This document shows, in pieces, positions 14,465 to 31,279 of a DNA stretch of 64,000 nucleotides (positions within the stretch are counted from its first letter, which is position 1; every line of letters begins with the position of its first letter). A program made the position numbers and the translations under genes. This DNA is from Eledone cirrhosa (lineage: Eukaryota): assembly GCA_964016885.1 (NCBI GenBank), contig OZ024740.1, forward strand, positions 154,752,001 through 154,816,000, read 5' to 3'. Below the pieces are notes generated by a model that was given only the letters and a program-made list of their open reading frames with translations, ran no database searches and was not told the origin of the DNA.

Positions 14465-14470
14465 TTATTT
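9299..14470 (+). mobile_element. Tx1-like L1-clade LINE, copy 2 (near full length, decayed)
   Basis: ORF1 remnants at ~9640-11130 with a degenerate zinc knuckle (KCFNSGSKSHLRAFCP). ORF2 remnants at 11135-14157 are homologous to copy 1, with deletions in the endonuclease. AATAAA at 14410-14415, then (ATT)n. Confidence 0.9.
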
Positions 14471-14476
14471 TTATAG

Positions 14477-14590
14477 AATGTTTATAACCACCCTATATCT
14501 CAGATATGTTTCGAATTAATATGTAAGCAGATTAACAATGTGTGCATTAAAAAATTTGCTGCATATAAGACAACATGTGGGAACAAAAAG
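14477..14590 (+). CDS. Host exon, ADAMTS/ADAM-like cysteine-rich domain (NVYNHPISQICFELICKQINNVCIKKFAAYKTTCGNKK)
   Basis: TTTTATAG acceptor (alternative in-frame CAG at 14501-14503) and AAG|GTGAGT donor. 38 open codons. Splices in frame to the next exon to give TTCGNKK-WC..GEC, typical of the ADAMTS cysteine-rich region. Confidence 0.75.
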
Positions 14591-15309
14591 GTGAGTAAAA
14601 TTTGCTTCTCTCTTCAATTGTAGTTGCTTTCGTTGTTGTTGGTGGTGGTGGTGGTATTTTGGTGATGGTGTAGTTGGTAGAGTTGGTGTGGCGTGGTAGT
14701 GGGGGTGCTAATAGTGTTGCTGCTGCTGTTGTTGTTGTTGTTGTTGTTGTTTACAACTATTGTTGTTGCCATTGTTGATGAACATAAATTATTTAGTGAA
14801 AGGTTTTCAATATTTTAAGAAATGTTTTTTTTTTATACTAAGGCTTTTCTTTGGTAAGATTGGATTAACTCTTTTCATAATAACTTAATTGGAACCACCC
14901 TTGGATCTAACCTATTTGTTTTGATGTGTTTATATTTATCTAAAAACTTTCCTGCATCAATTTTACATAAGAATCTTTATGTTCCAAACATCAGCTTAAA
15001 ATGTGAAAGTTAGTTATTTTACTAAATTATTTACTCAATTATTTTTTTTTTATATTTGAAAATCATAGGCAGTAACTTTCATTAGAAATATGACAATGAA
15101 AGGGTTAAAGTCTTTATATTCATCTAAAAATCCTTCCATCATAATCTTGAATAGGAACCTTTGTTATGTTCTAAACACCTGCTTTAGTTATTTTTAGTTA
15201 TATTACTAAATTTCTTCAAGTTATTAATTATTTTTTTAATTATTTGAAAATAGTAAGCATTGTCTTTCATTGGAAATATGGTATTAAAAGGATTAATCAT
15301 TTATTCATT

Positions 15310-15610
15310 CAGCCATATCGCTCTCTGTGGAGCATAGGTCATTGATGACCCTCCACTATCGTACACAAGCCTGGGCTACTTTTGCTACCCCACTCCAGTT
15401 GGCTTCCAGTTTACTTAATTCAGCCTCAGTATCACACCTCCAACTACCATGGGGCCAGCCTCTCTTCCTCTTATCCTGCGGGTTCCAGGTCAGGCTTGGC
15501 ATGTGGTGTTGGATGCTGGTTTCCTGAGGGTGTGTCCAATCCAGCTCCACTTTCTGTGCAGAATCTGCTTTGCCACTGGTTCCTGTCCCGTTTGCTCCCA
15601 CAGATCTTCA
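15310..15610 (-). mobile_element. RTE LINE 3' fragment (degenerate)
   Basis: Translation includes LTWNPQDKRKRGWP..W, the RTE C-terminal motif. Confidence 0.7.
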
Positions 15611-16830
15611 TTTCAGTTGGCATCAGCATGGAAAAATTGATGTAAAACTGATAGTAATGATGATCCAGCCTTAATAATCCAGTCTTTTTTGTATATCCTT
15701 GACTACATTATCAGATCTTTGCTTCTTTTTTTTTCTCTTTTAAAATTTTATAGTGTGTTATCTGAGAGAATCTAGGAATTAACCCTTTTGTTACCATATT
15801 TCTAATGAAAGACACTGCCTATGGTTGTCAAATAATTTTGAAATTATTCAAAAATTTGAAGGGATTTAGTAATATAATTAACTTTCTCCATACTGGTGTT
15901 TGGAACATAACAAAAGTTCTACATAAAATTCTAATGGAAGGTTTTTACATAAATATAAACACTTTAACCTTTTTCTTTACCATATTCTAGTGAAAAACAT
16001 TGCCTATGATTTTCAAATAATTTTGGAATTAATCAACAATTTGGAGAGTTTAGTAAAAAAAACTTCCTATTATTAAGCTGATATTCAGAACATAACAAAG
16101 GTTTTTGCATAAAATTAAGATGAAAGCACTTTAAAATAAATAGCTTTGTATCATAGAACCAGGCGTGATTTTGTATCAAAAGTATTAAAGGTATGTTATC
16201 CTTACAAGTGGATCAGTTGAAAACTATAATATTATCTTCTTAGATTACAAACACAATCTTTAGAAAGGGACTAGTAGTAAAAAAAACTATGTGAGATTTA
16301 ATTCCAAATGTATACATCACTAAAATTTTTACATTAAAACTTCATTGCTATGTTTTATTTTATTTTTTTTTAATGTTTAATCAAGGAGGAGAAAGCACAG
16401 TGTACATGACCCTTTTCAGGGTTCACAGACTGGTGGGAGGGAAAGAAGTGTCCTCAAGAGATCAATATTATGATTTAGGTTAAAATCTTGCCAGGGTCAA
16501 CATTGCCATTCTTTCTTTTTTTTCTTTTCACTGATTATGGTACCAAAAGAAATTATTTGTAGCCCTTTAAATATTGTGGCATGCTTAGCTGCAGCCTTCC
16601 CTTAAGTTGCCACTGGTGAGAGGAAAGGCAAAGAGAGACTTAGTCTAAAAGCTTACAACAGATTGGACTCAGCTAAAGACACCCAAGGGCTATGTGGTGA
16701 TGATGTTAAAATTAGCAACAGACTATGTCTATCACTGATAAATGTCTACCCTGATAAATAAACCATAACTTATATATTTCATAGTCCCATATAAAACAAA
16801 GTAAAATATATTGTTTGTTTTCTCTTTCAG

Positions 16831-16882
16831 TGGTGCGTATTTGGTGAATGTCTGTATGATGCAGAAGCACCTGAAATTAATG
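16831..16882 (+). CDS. Host exon (WCVFGECLYDAEAPEIN, ends in phase 1)
   Basis: Strong TTGTTTTCTCTTTCAG acceptor and G|GTGAGA donor; continues the reading frame of the previous exon. Confidence 0.8.
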
Positions 16883-16922
16883 GTGAGAATATATTATATA
16901 TTTATAAATAACACATTAATAA

Positions 16923-16993
16923 GCAGGTTGGTGTAATTTGTCTAGCACACTTATCTGCTCAATAAGATGTGTGAGTTCAATTCTTACACTTGC
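16923..16993 (+). pseudogene. tRNA-like sequence (tRNA pseudogene or SINE head)
   Basis: A-box-like TGGTGTAATTTG, B-box GAGTTCAATTC, anticodon-like stem CTTAT/ATAAG, acceptor-like GCAGGT/ACTTGC. Confidence 0.4.
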
Positions 16994-17086
16994 TGATGAC
17001 CATTTTATTTCAGTTAGGGAGGCTTATATGCCCTGTATTTAAACTATTTTCTCTAATCAAAATATAGTAAAAGCTTCTAATTTAGG

Positions 17087-17410
17087 TATGGCTGTGTGGG
17101 TAAGGAGTTTGCTTTGCAACCCTATGGTCCTGTGTTTGGTGCCACAAATGTCTTCTTGTCCAAGGTTGACCAATGGTTTATGAGTAAAAACTGAAGCAGC
17201 ACATTTTACTTGCCTACCTTCTTACTTGCTTGCTTTCCTTTCTTTCTTTTTTAAAGTGGTAGTGCAGGTGTTATGATAAAATGCACCCTGCCCAGTCTGT
17301 AAAGTGGTTGGCATTAGAAAATAGTATCTAGTAGAAACAATGCCAAACTGTATCATATGAGCAGACCATAACTTAGACCATCATGGAAAATAGATGTAAA
17401 ATTTTGATGA
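17087..17410 (+). mobile_element. Degenerate tRNA-derived SINE with RTE-type tail
   Basis: TGGCTGTGTGGGTAAG head and GGTTGGCATTAGAAAA tail resembling the RTE 3' end at 38412. Confidence 0.5.
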
Positions 17411-18090
17411 AATATATACACATATATATATATTTTATGTACTGCACCCCTAGTTGATTGAGCTGCTCTAATTGAAGGAATTGGTGAGCTATTTCTAGTG
17501 CTTCTCTGAACTTCTTTGCTATTCATTTGAGGCAAAAACACACACGGTGTAACGTTTATTTGCTTAACTTAACAACACATATAAGTCAGTTTACAATTGA
17601 ACTCCCAGTGGATAGCTTATACTTTGTAATACTAAAAAAGATATACCTACTGATGTGAAACAAGTCTTTTATTTGCTAATTGTTTTGTTTATTTTAATTA
17701 TGGTAATTAGTATATTTTTTTTCATTTTGGTTTGAAACAGCTGTATAGGTATAAATAGTAATGTAAATAATAATTTTATGTCCTGATTATTTCTTACCTA
17801 GTCACATGTATTACAAGGTATTTTCGTTTTGTATTATTAAGCTTTGGAATACAATATTTTTCGCATCTAATTTCCATTGAGCTTTTATGGAATGACGAAA
17901 TCAACATATTTTACTTTGATATATTTCTGCCTCTTTTGTACACATCTTACTACCACTTTTCCTTCACTATTCTCTTCCAACCACTCCCTTCTCACCATCT
18001 CCACACTTGAATGAACCTGTTTGTTTTTTCTAAGAATTTTTTTTTCCTTTCTGCCACTGCAAACTCTCCTCTATCATTTTATTTCTTCTT

Positions 18091-18155
<65 letters not shown>

Positions 18156-18171
18156 ATGAATATACACACAT

Positions 18172-20340
18172 TAGGAAGTACCGGTAATTTATCCAGCCTA
18201 AACTTTCACAAAGCTAACTGGAAAGAGATCGTGACGCAAAACTAGAGTGACATCACCACACAAGACACGAATGCACAATTTCGACACTTCATGACAACAA
18301 TACAAACCATATGCCATAAGTTTGTCCCGGAAAAAAAGGCAAACAGACACAAAAATTTTATTCCCAGAGACGAGAAAATCCTTATGAAACGAAGAACAAA
18401 GATCTCAATCCTGTTAAACAACAGAAGAACAAGAAGGAACCTTATCTGAAAGAAGCACTACTTGAAATTGAAACTGCACTCAAACTTTCCCATGAGAAGG
18501 GAGGGCAGAGAAAGAAGCCAAGGCCATAGAAAATATTAAAATAAACCCTAAGGCCTTCTTTAAATTTGAAAAAGAAACTGCCTCGGTACACTACAAGATT
18601 GGGTCAATTTTCCATAAAAATGACTCATTGACCAAGAGGATCCTCAAGGGATAAGTGAAACACTGAATGTACAGTACAAAAGTGTTGTCACACCCCCCAA
18701 TAAGGCACATGCAAATAACAAACCCAGAGGAATTCTTTGATGCCACAACACTCCATGAAGAAATGGCGACCATCAACCACATAGACATAATGGCAGATGT
18801 GATATCCGCTATAGAAGAAATTAGAACAAACTCAGCTGCTGGACCTGATGGATTCCCAGCAATCCCTCTAAAAACATGCGTGACTTAGCAAGACCACTGA
18901 AGATCCTTTTCAGAAGTTCTCTGGCTAGTGGTAAACTACCCAGAGAGCTAAAAGAAGGCATAATATGCTCTATCCATAAAGGAAGAAGCAGAGCAGAGGC
19001 TGAAAACTATAGGCCAGTCTCTGTGATGTCACATATCAGTAAGGTCATGGAATGAATCATCAGAAAGAAACTGATCACATTCCTCGAGGAAAATGACTGC
19101 CTAACTAGCACTCAGCATGACTTTCGCCCAGGAAGAAGCTGCCTTACATAGCTTTTACAACACAGTGACTGGGTACTGAAACAACTGCTAAATGTGATAT
19201 ATCTTGACTTTTCGAAGGCCATCGACAAGGCCAACCACTTAAAAGACAGAAGACAGACAGTTGCAGCCAACAGGGCCCGCTCAAAGGACACATCAAAAAC
19301 AAGTGGAGTGCCCCAAGGCACAATCCTGGGACCACTACTGTTTTTGGTGGCTCTCAGACATGCCCTCTGTAGTACATACAACATCTCTCACTAGCTATGC
19401 TGTTGGCACTAAGGTAGCTCAGGCAATCAAAAACCCGGCTGACGCTGCCCTTCTACAACAAGATCTGGATGCCATATACAAATGGGCGGAAGACAACAAC
19501 ATGCAGTTTAATGCTGGCAAATTTCAAACCCTACAATACAAACCTGCAAACACAAATACAGTACAACACAGTTACACTGGACCAGGAGGGACCGAAATTC
19601 CTGTGTCGAAATTGATACGAGACCTGGGTATAGACATGAGCGACGATGCATCTTTTTCCTCACACATCATGAAAGTGGCGATAATGTGCAGACGACTCAC
19701 TGGCTGAATCTTAAGGACTTTCCGGACAGGAGACCGAGAGACCATGTTGACACTATGGAGGACATTTGTCCTAAGCCACCTGGACTATTGCTCCCAGCTG
19801 TGGTCACCCCATAGTGTCAAACTAACCACGGAGCTTGACAATCCAGCAAAGCTACACCAAGAGGAATGCGACGATGAAGGAGATAAGCTATTGGGAGAGA
19901 CTAAAGGAACTGAACCTCTACTCCTTGGAACGAATACGGGAGAGATACGCAGTGATATACATGTGGAAAATTCTGGAGAGACTAGCACCAAACTTTGGCA
20001 TTGGGAGCTGGACCAACCCCCCAACAGGACGTCACTGTGTGGTGCCAAAGGTCCCGTCTTCCACATCTAGAATAAGGTGCAGATATTGCAATAGCCTGGG
20101 GCTCAAAGGCCCTCAACTCTTCAACAAGCTGCCGGGGGATCTGAGAGATCTGCATGGTGTGGACGTGGATGTTTTCAAGAAACATCTCGACACCTTGCTA
20201 TCCAGGATCCCGGATGAGCCCACAGCAAGGCACCAGTGGCCAACAATACAGGCTGGAGATAAAATGTGTAGCAACAAGGGCAGTGCCCCAGCATGGCCTC
20301 AGCCGGATGGCTAGAACAGGTAAAAGAGTAAAAGAGTAAT
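18172..20340 (+). mobile_element. CR1/Jockey-group LINE, 5'-truncated and degenerate
   Basis: AGPDGFPA, ENYRPVS, IYLDFSKA, SGVPQGTILGPLLF, SHLDYCSQLWSP, YSLERIRERY, GPQLFNKLP. Ends in GTAAAAGA repeats. Confidence 0.85.
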
Positions 20341-20373
20341 ATATTTATATATATGTGTATATATATATATATG

Positions 20374-20408
<35 letters not shown>

Positions 20409-20411
<3 letters not shown>

Positions 20412-20563
20412 GTTGGTGTTAGGAAGGGCATCCAACTGTAGAAAACCCGCCAGACAGTCCTATGCGAGCAAGACAACCACTCTTGCCTCAAGTGGGAAAA
20501 CCCCCGTCCAAACCCATGCAAGCGTGGAACACGGACGCTAAACCTGATGATGATGATGATGAT
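20409..20563 (+). mobile_element. RTE 3' end fragment with (GAT)n tail
   Basis: Near-identical to 38412-38566. Confidence 0.85.
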
Positions 20564-20569
20564 CATATG

Positions 20570-20664
<95 letters not shown>

Positions 20665-20757
20665 GTATGTATATATATATGTATGTATGTATGTATATAT
20701 ATATGTATGTATATATATATGTATGTATATATATATATGTATGTATGTATATATATG

Positions 20758-20789
<32 letters not shown>

Positions 20790-20805
20790 TATATATATAT
20801 GTATG

Positions 20806-20905
<100 letters not shown>

Positions 20906-21049
20906 TTTATGTATATATATATATATATATATGTATGTATATATATATATATATATATGTATGTATATATATATATATATGTATGTATATATGTATATAT
21001 ATGTATGTATATATATATATAAATGTATGTATATATATATATATATATG

Positions 21050-21132
<83 letters not shown>

Positions 21133-21269
21133 ATATATATATATATGTATAAATTAATATGTAAGTGATGAAATATATATGTATGTATATATATATATAT
21201 ATATATATATAATATGTATATATATATATAATATATAAGAACAAAAGATGGTTAAAAGAGTTCCATGTA

Positions 21270-21336
21270 TTTTATTATGCGCATTTCAAAAACAAATATC
21301 ATCATGCAATAATATTTGTGTTTTCATCAGATAAAA
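21270..21336 (-). ncRNA. Type I hammerhead ribozyme (mirror of 23887-23953)
   Basis: Reverse complement of the plus-strand motif. Confidence 0.8.
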
Positions 21337-23886
21337 CAGGAAGACATGATATGAAGGTTAAAAAACACTTGTGGATAGTGCAGTTTTAAATCAACATATG
21401 AGAAGTAGTTTTAGATTGATGTGTGATATTGGGGAAAATATTTTATTTTGAGTGGGGGGGGATGAAAAAGAGGAGGAGATGAGAGTAAAAAGTGGAGAGG
21501 GAAGAGTATAATGAGGAAGGATGAGATAGGAGGAGAGATGGGTGATAGAGAGAGAGAGATAGCTTTTATAACTGAGAAAGATATATTGTTTTACATAGAG
21601 AGGTTGAAAACCGTTGGAAGATAATGTATAAATTAAAAGAATTTGAAAATTAACGAAGAGAAAAATAATGTAAAATTAAGGTTTGTATATTGAGGAGTTT
21701 AATAATATGTGCGATGAAAAGAAAATGTTAATATGTATTAAGAATAATATTTAAGGGTTTAATAACATGTGCGATGGAAAGAAAAAGTTAATATGTATTA
21801 AGAATGATATTTAAGGGTTTAATAATATGTGCGATGGAAAGAAAATGTTGATATATATTATTAAAAAGAACAACAGGTAATTTAAGTAAGGGTATATTGT
21901 GAGATGAGCATGAATGAGTTAGATGAAAGGGAGAAAAGAATAATGAATTGAGGATGAATAATCTAACGTCAAAAAAATGTTTATGTTTACGAAGGATTTT
22001 TACAAGGTGATATAGAGTAAGAATGTATTGTATTATGTAATAATTGATTCTATGTTAGGCAACAGTGAGAAAAGGTACAGATTAGGGGTTAGACATTAAA
22101 AGAAAAAGAGAAGAAAGGGAAGTGATAAATAGGAGCGATATAGAATGAGTAACAAGTATTATAGAATGAGTGACAAGTATTATATAATGTATAATAAAAC
22201 CTTTGAAATAAGGTAGAAAGATGGGTATATTTTTAAAGAAGTGTATATATATATATGTGCCTTTGAGAAAAAGATTCTAAATTGATAAAGATTTGGATAT
22301 TAGCTGTATACTTTGTGGAATGTTTTGTTGAATTTATGCAAGCAGATAGAAAACAAGTCAGTGCGTCTATTTATTATAGAATCTAAATTAGATATAATGG
22401 TAAATTTTTCATTTAGACAGAGATTGCAAATCTTGGATAGAGAACTGTTCAAGTATAAAGACGCAGAAGAAACCTTCTTCCAAAAGATGCTATATTTAAT
22501 ATTTTTGTCTTTCAAGGACCATATGAGTTCTGAGAGAGCCGTGTTGGTTATTTTAAGTTTGTATTTAAAAGACGAATGATGGTTATAAAGACGAGCTTTA
22601 AAAGAGGTGGAAGTGGAGCCAATTCCTTCACCTATTTTGGCTCCACTTCGTCTTTTAAATACAAACTTAAAAGAACCAACACGGCTCTCTCAGAACTCAT
22701 ATGGTCCTTGAAAGACAAAAATATTAAATATAGCATCTTTTGGAAGAAGGTTTCTTCTGCGTCTTTATACTTGAACAGTTCTCTATCCAAGATTTGCAAT
22801 CTCTGTCTAAATGAAAAATTTACCATTATATCTAATTTAGATTCTATAATAAATAGACGCACTGACTTGTTTTCTATCTGCTTGCATAAATTCAACAAAA
22901 CATTCCACAAAGTATACAGCTAATATCCAAATCTTTATCAATTTAGAATCTTTTTCTCAAAGGCACATATATATATATACACTTCTTTAAAAATATACCC
23001 ATCTTTCTACCTTATTTCAAAGGTTTTATTATACATTATATAATACTTGTCACTCATTCTATAATACTTGTTACTCATTCTATATCGCTCCTATTTATCA
23101 CTTCCCTTTCTTCTCTTTTTCTTTTAATGTCTAACCCCTAATCTGTACCTTTTCTCACTGTTGCCTAACATAGAATCAATTATTACATAATACAATACAT
23201 TCTTACTCTATATCACCTTGTAAAAATCCTTCGTAAACATAAACATTTTTTTGACGTTAGATTATTCATCCTCAATTCATTATTCTTTTCTCCCTTTCAT
23301 CTAACTCATTCATGCTCATCTCACAATATACCCTTACTTAAATTACCTGTTGTTCTTTTTAATAATATATATCAACATTTTCTTTCCATCGCACATATTA
23401 TTAAACCCTTAAATATCATTCTTAATACATATTAACTTTTTCTTTCCATCGCACATGTTATTAAACCCTTAAATATTATTCTTAATACATATTAACATTT
23501 TCTTTTCATCGCACATATTATTAAACTCCTCAATATACAAACCTTAATTTTACATTATTTTTCTCTTCGTTAATTTTCAAATTCTTTTAATTTATACATT
23601 ATCTTCCAACGGTTTTCAACCTCTCTATGTAAAACAATATATCTTTCTCAGTTATAAAAGCTATCTCTCTCTCTCTATCACCCATCTCTCCTCCTATCTC
23701 ATCCTTCCTCATTATACTCTTCCCTCTCCACTTTTTACTCTCATCTCCTCCTCTTTTTCATCCCCCCCCACTCAAAATAAAATATTTTCCCCAATATCAC
23801 ACATCAATCTAAAACTACTTCTCATATGTTGATTTAAAACTGCACTATCCACAAGTGTTTTTTAACCTTCATATCATGTCTTCCTG

Positions 23887-23953
23887 TTTTATCTGATGAA
23901 AACACAAATATTATTGCATGATGATATTTGTTTTTGAAATGCGCATAATAAAA
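23887..23953 (+). ncRNA. Type I minimal hammerhead ribozyme
   Basis: TTTTAT-CTGATGA-stem II (CAAATAT..ATATTTG)-GAAA-TGCGCA-TA-ATAAAA; palindromic stem III. Confidence 0.85.
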
Positions 23954-24078
23954 TACATGGAACTCTTTTAACCATCTTTTGTTCTTATATATTATGTATA
24001 CTCCAGTCCTACAAATTGTAGAGTGCTTCTTATCCGATACCTGCATTGCTTTATTGTACTACAATAAAACTCACCTCC

Positions 24079-24356
<278 letters not shown>

Positions 24357-24464
24357 TAATTATATATATATATATATATAAATATATATATGTATGTATA
24401 TATATATCTGTATATATATATATGTATATGTATGTATATATATATACATATATATATATGTATG

Positions 24465-24513
<49 letters not shown>

Positions 24514-24546
24514 GTATGTATATATATACATATATATATATGTATG

Positions 24547-24579
<33 letters not shown>

Positions 24580-24584
24580 GTATG

Positions 24585-24738
<154 letters not shown>

Positions 24739-25284
24739 TGTATGTATATATATGTGTATGTGAGGAGGGTGACTTTGGACATTCTGCAGGACTAAAAACA
24801 AAACCTGTCAAAGAGCAAAGGAGCTCTTAAGAGTCAATGGCCATTCAAAATCACCGGGAGAGATGACCCCTTAGCCTTTGTCAAGGCAGAATTCTAGGAG
24901 AAGGAAAACTCTGATATAACACCTGCAACTCTGATGGTATCCAATGATGTTGACTTGTTCTTCTTTTTGGTAAATATCATCTTGGTTAAGAGAGTGGGAC
25001 TGGCTTTGTGCAGTGCCTTTGCTCACTATAAAAGCTTCACGGCACAGGCATTGCTTTTTATCTGGAGATCTCTCTGCACTTGTCGTCACATGGTACCATG
25101 GGCCTAGCACTATGGGTCAATAATTGTCACAAGTGTAGTGTTTGTACCAGAGTTTTCAAGTCGCTGGCTGGACTAAAGTCACATTCGTTCAGCGCATCGA
25201 TAGGAGTTCTCCTACATGGATATAAAGTAGTGGCCATACTCGAAAACTAGTTGGCAGCCACTATGTATAGTATATATATATATG

Positions 25285-25399
<115 letters not shown>

Positions 25400-25411
25400 G
25401 TATATATATAT

Positions 25412-29530
<4,119 letters not shown>

Positions 29531-29751
29531 TTCGTTTCTGAATTTGTTTAGCAAGATTCTTTATCTGAAATCGTGTGTTGAAACCGATATTGTTATACTT
29601 TGGGAGGGTCATGTTGCCAATAAGAAACACACGCACCAGTTGCTTTCACTTCAATTTAATTTAATATATATTTATAAATTTACAAATTTATAAATTTCTG
29701 GTTGGTTGGTTGGTTCCACAACCAGATAGTTGTTTATATATATATATATAT

Positions 29752-29796
29752 AGTCATAGTTCTTTCGTCACACACTCTGTGACCTCTTCAGTGACT
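29752..29796 (-). ncRNA. Type I hammerhead (mirror copy)
   Basis: Reverse complement of 29933-29977. Confidence 0.7.
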
Positions 29797-29932
29797 GGGG
29801 ATTTCTTTCTTCGTTTCTGTGCCTTTCCTTTCTTCTATCCTACGCCATTTTGTTTGTGTGTGGGTTCACACACAAACAAAATGGCGTAGGATAGAAGAAA
29901 GGAAAGGCACAGAAACGAAGAAAGAAATCCCC

Positions 29933-29977
29933 AGTCACTGAAGAGGTCACAGAGTGTGTGACGAAAGAACTATGACT
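29933..29977 (+). ncRNA. Type I minimal hammerhead
   Basis: AGTCA-CTGAAGA-G-GTCAC..GTGAC-GAAA-GAAC-TA-TGACT. Confidence 0.75.
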
Positions 29978-30132
29978 ATATATATATATATAAACAACTA
30001 TCTGGTTGTGGAACCAACCAACCAACCAGAAATTTATAAATTTGTAAATTTATAAATATATATTAAATTAAATTGAAGTGAAAGCAACTGGTGCGTGTGT
30101 TTCTTATTGGCAACATGACCCTCCCAAAGTAT

Positions 30133-30214
<82 letters not shown>

Positions 30215-30241
30215 ATATATATATATATGTGTATATATATA

Positions 30242-30309
<68 letters not shown>

Positions 30310-30312
<3 letters not shown>

Positions 30313-30679
30313 TAATAAAAGGATTTCCAACTTTGTCTGATTTACTCGTTTTATTTACAATCCTTTAAAATTATAATTATTTTTACTTTTGGCACAAGGC
30401 CAGCAAATTACCAGTATATTACTGGTACTTTATTTTATCGACCCCGTATGGATGAAAGGCAAAGTTAACCTCGGCGGGATTTGAACTTTAAAATTATAAT
30501 GATATTATAATGATATTACAAGTACTTGTTCAATCAACATTTAACATTTAATATTCTACCATAATATTTCATTATAATATCATTATAATTTTAAAGGATT
30601 GTAAATAAAACGAGTAAATCAAAGTTGGAATTCCTTTTATTAATATAATCTTCTATACACAATCATACACACCCGTGTA

Positions 30680-30680
<1 letters not shown>
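30310..30680. mobile_element. Small inverted-repeat element interrupted by a SINE fragment
   Basis: The arm starting at 30310 mirrors the arm ending at 30645. A minus-strand SINE at 30378-30485 is flanked by the TSD CTTTAAAATTATAAT (30363-30377, 30486-30500). Confidence 0.75.
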
Positions 30681-30765
<85 letters not shown>

Positions 30766-30864
30766 CTTGACCGACCAGTCTGTCGGGCGCCATTGGTCAC
30801 AGCACATGCTGTTTTAGCCATACGATCGCGCCATCCCACTGGCTGGGCGGGCAGGCCGTAAGTC

Positions 30865-31094
30865 TAAAGTCTGTCTTAAGCCAGAAGGCTCATTATCCCG
30901 GCTTCACAGCGTGAAGCGACTGAGAGTACAAGACTCCCCCCTGGACAGGACGCCAGTCTATCGCAGGGTTAAAGCTCCAGCTATTGCTGGTACTCATTTT
31001 CAGCTGAGTAAACTGGAGCAACGTGAAATAAAGTGTCTTGCTCAAGAAAACAACGCAAGCCTACTGCTCTAACTACTAAGCTATGCGCCTTCAC
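30865..31094 (-). mobile_element. tRNA-derived SINE with CORE-like and V-like central domains
   Basis: Minus strand reads GGCGCATAGCTTAGTAGTTAG..TTGAGCAAGACACTTTATTTCAC..CCTGCGATAGACTGGCGTCCTGTCCAGGGG. Confidence 0.7.
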
Positions 31095-31165
31095 TATATA
31101 TATATATATATATATTGAAAGAGTGAAGAATAACAGGGTCAACAGTACAAAAAAGGGTTTTATTT

Positions 31166-31279
31166 ACAGCCTAACAATTGTTTCCCTGATTAAGTTGTCT
31201 AAAAATTGCTGAACACTTGGAGCTGTGCCACTCAATTTTAAATACGTTGTTAGCTTAACCACATCATCGAAGAAACTGT
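31166..31279 (-). ncRNA. Degenerate hammerhead in PLE arm (mirror at 39334-39426)
   Basis: (T/C)CGATGA-long stem II-GAAA-CAATTG-TT with stem I ACAG..CT/AG.CTGT. Each copy has a different core defect. Confidence 0.5.

Larger units (their letters stand above)
29531..30140. mobile_element. Non-coding hairpin element with ~275 bp arms, 4-nt loop and a hammerhead on each arm
   Basis: 29587-29862 is the reverse complement of 29867-30140; loop GGTT; extra tail at 29531-29586; TA flanks. Confidence 0.85.

Noticed and set aside
21229-23994. Palindromes as read fold-back artefacts
   Set aside because: The arms differ, end asymmetrically at reproducible sites, and older examples carry arm-specific insertions with TSDs. 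Not fully excluded for the two near-perfect cases.
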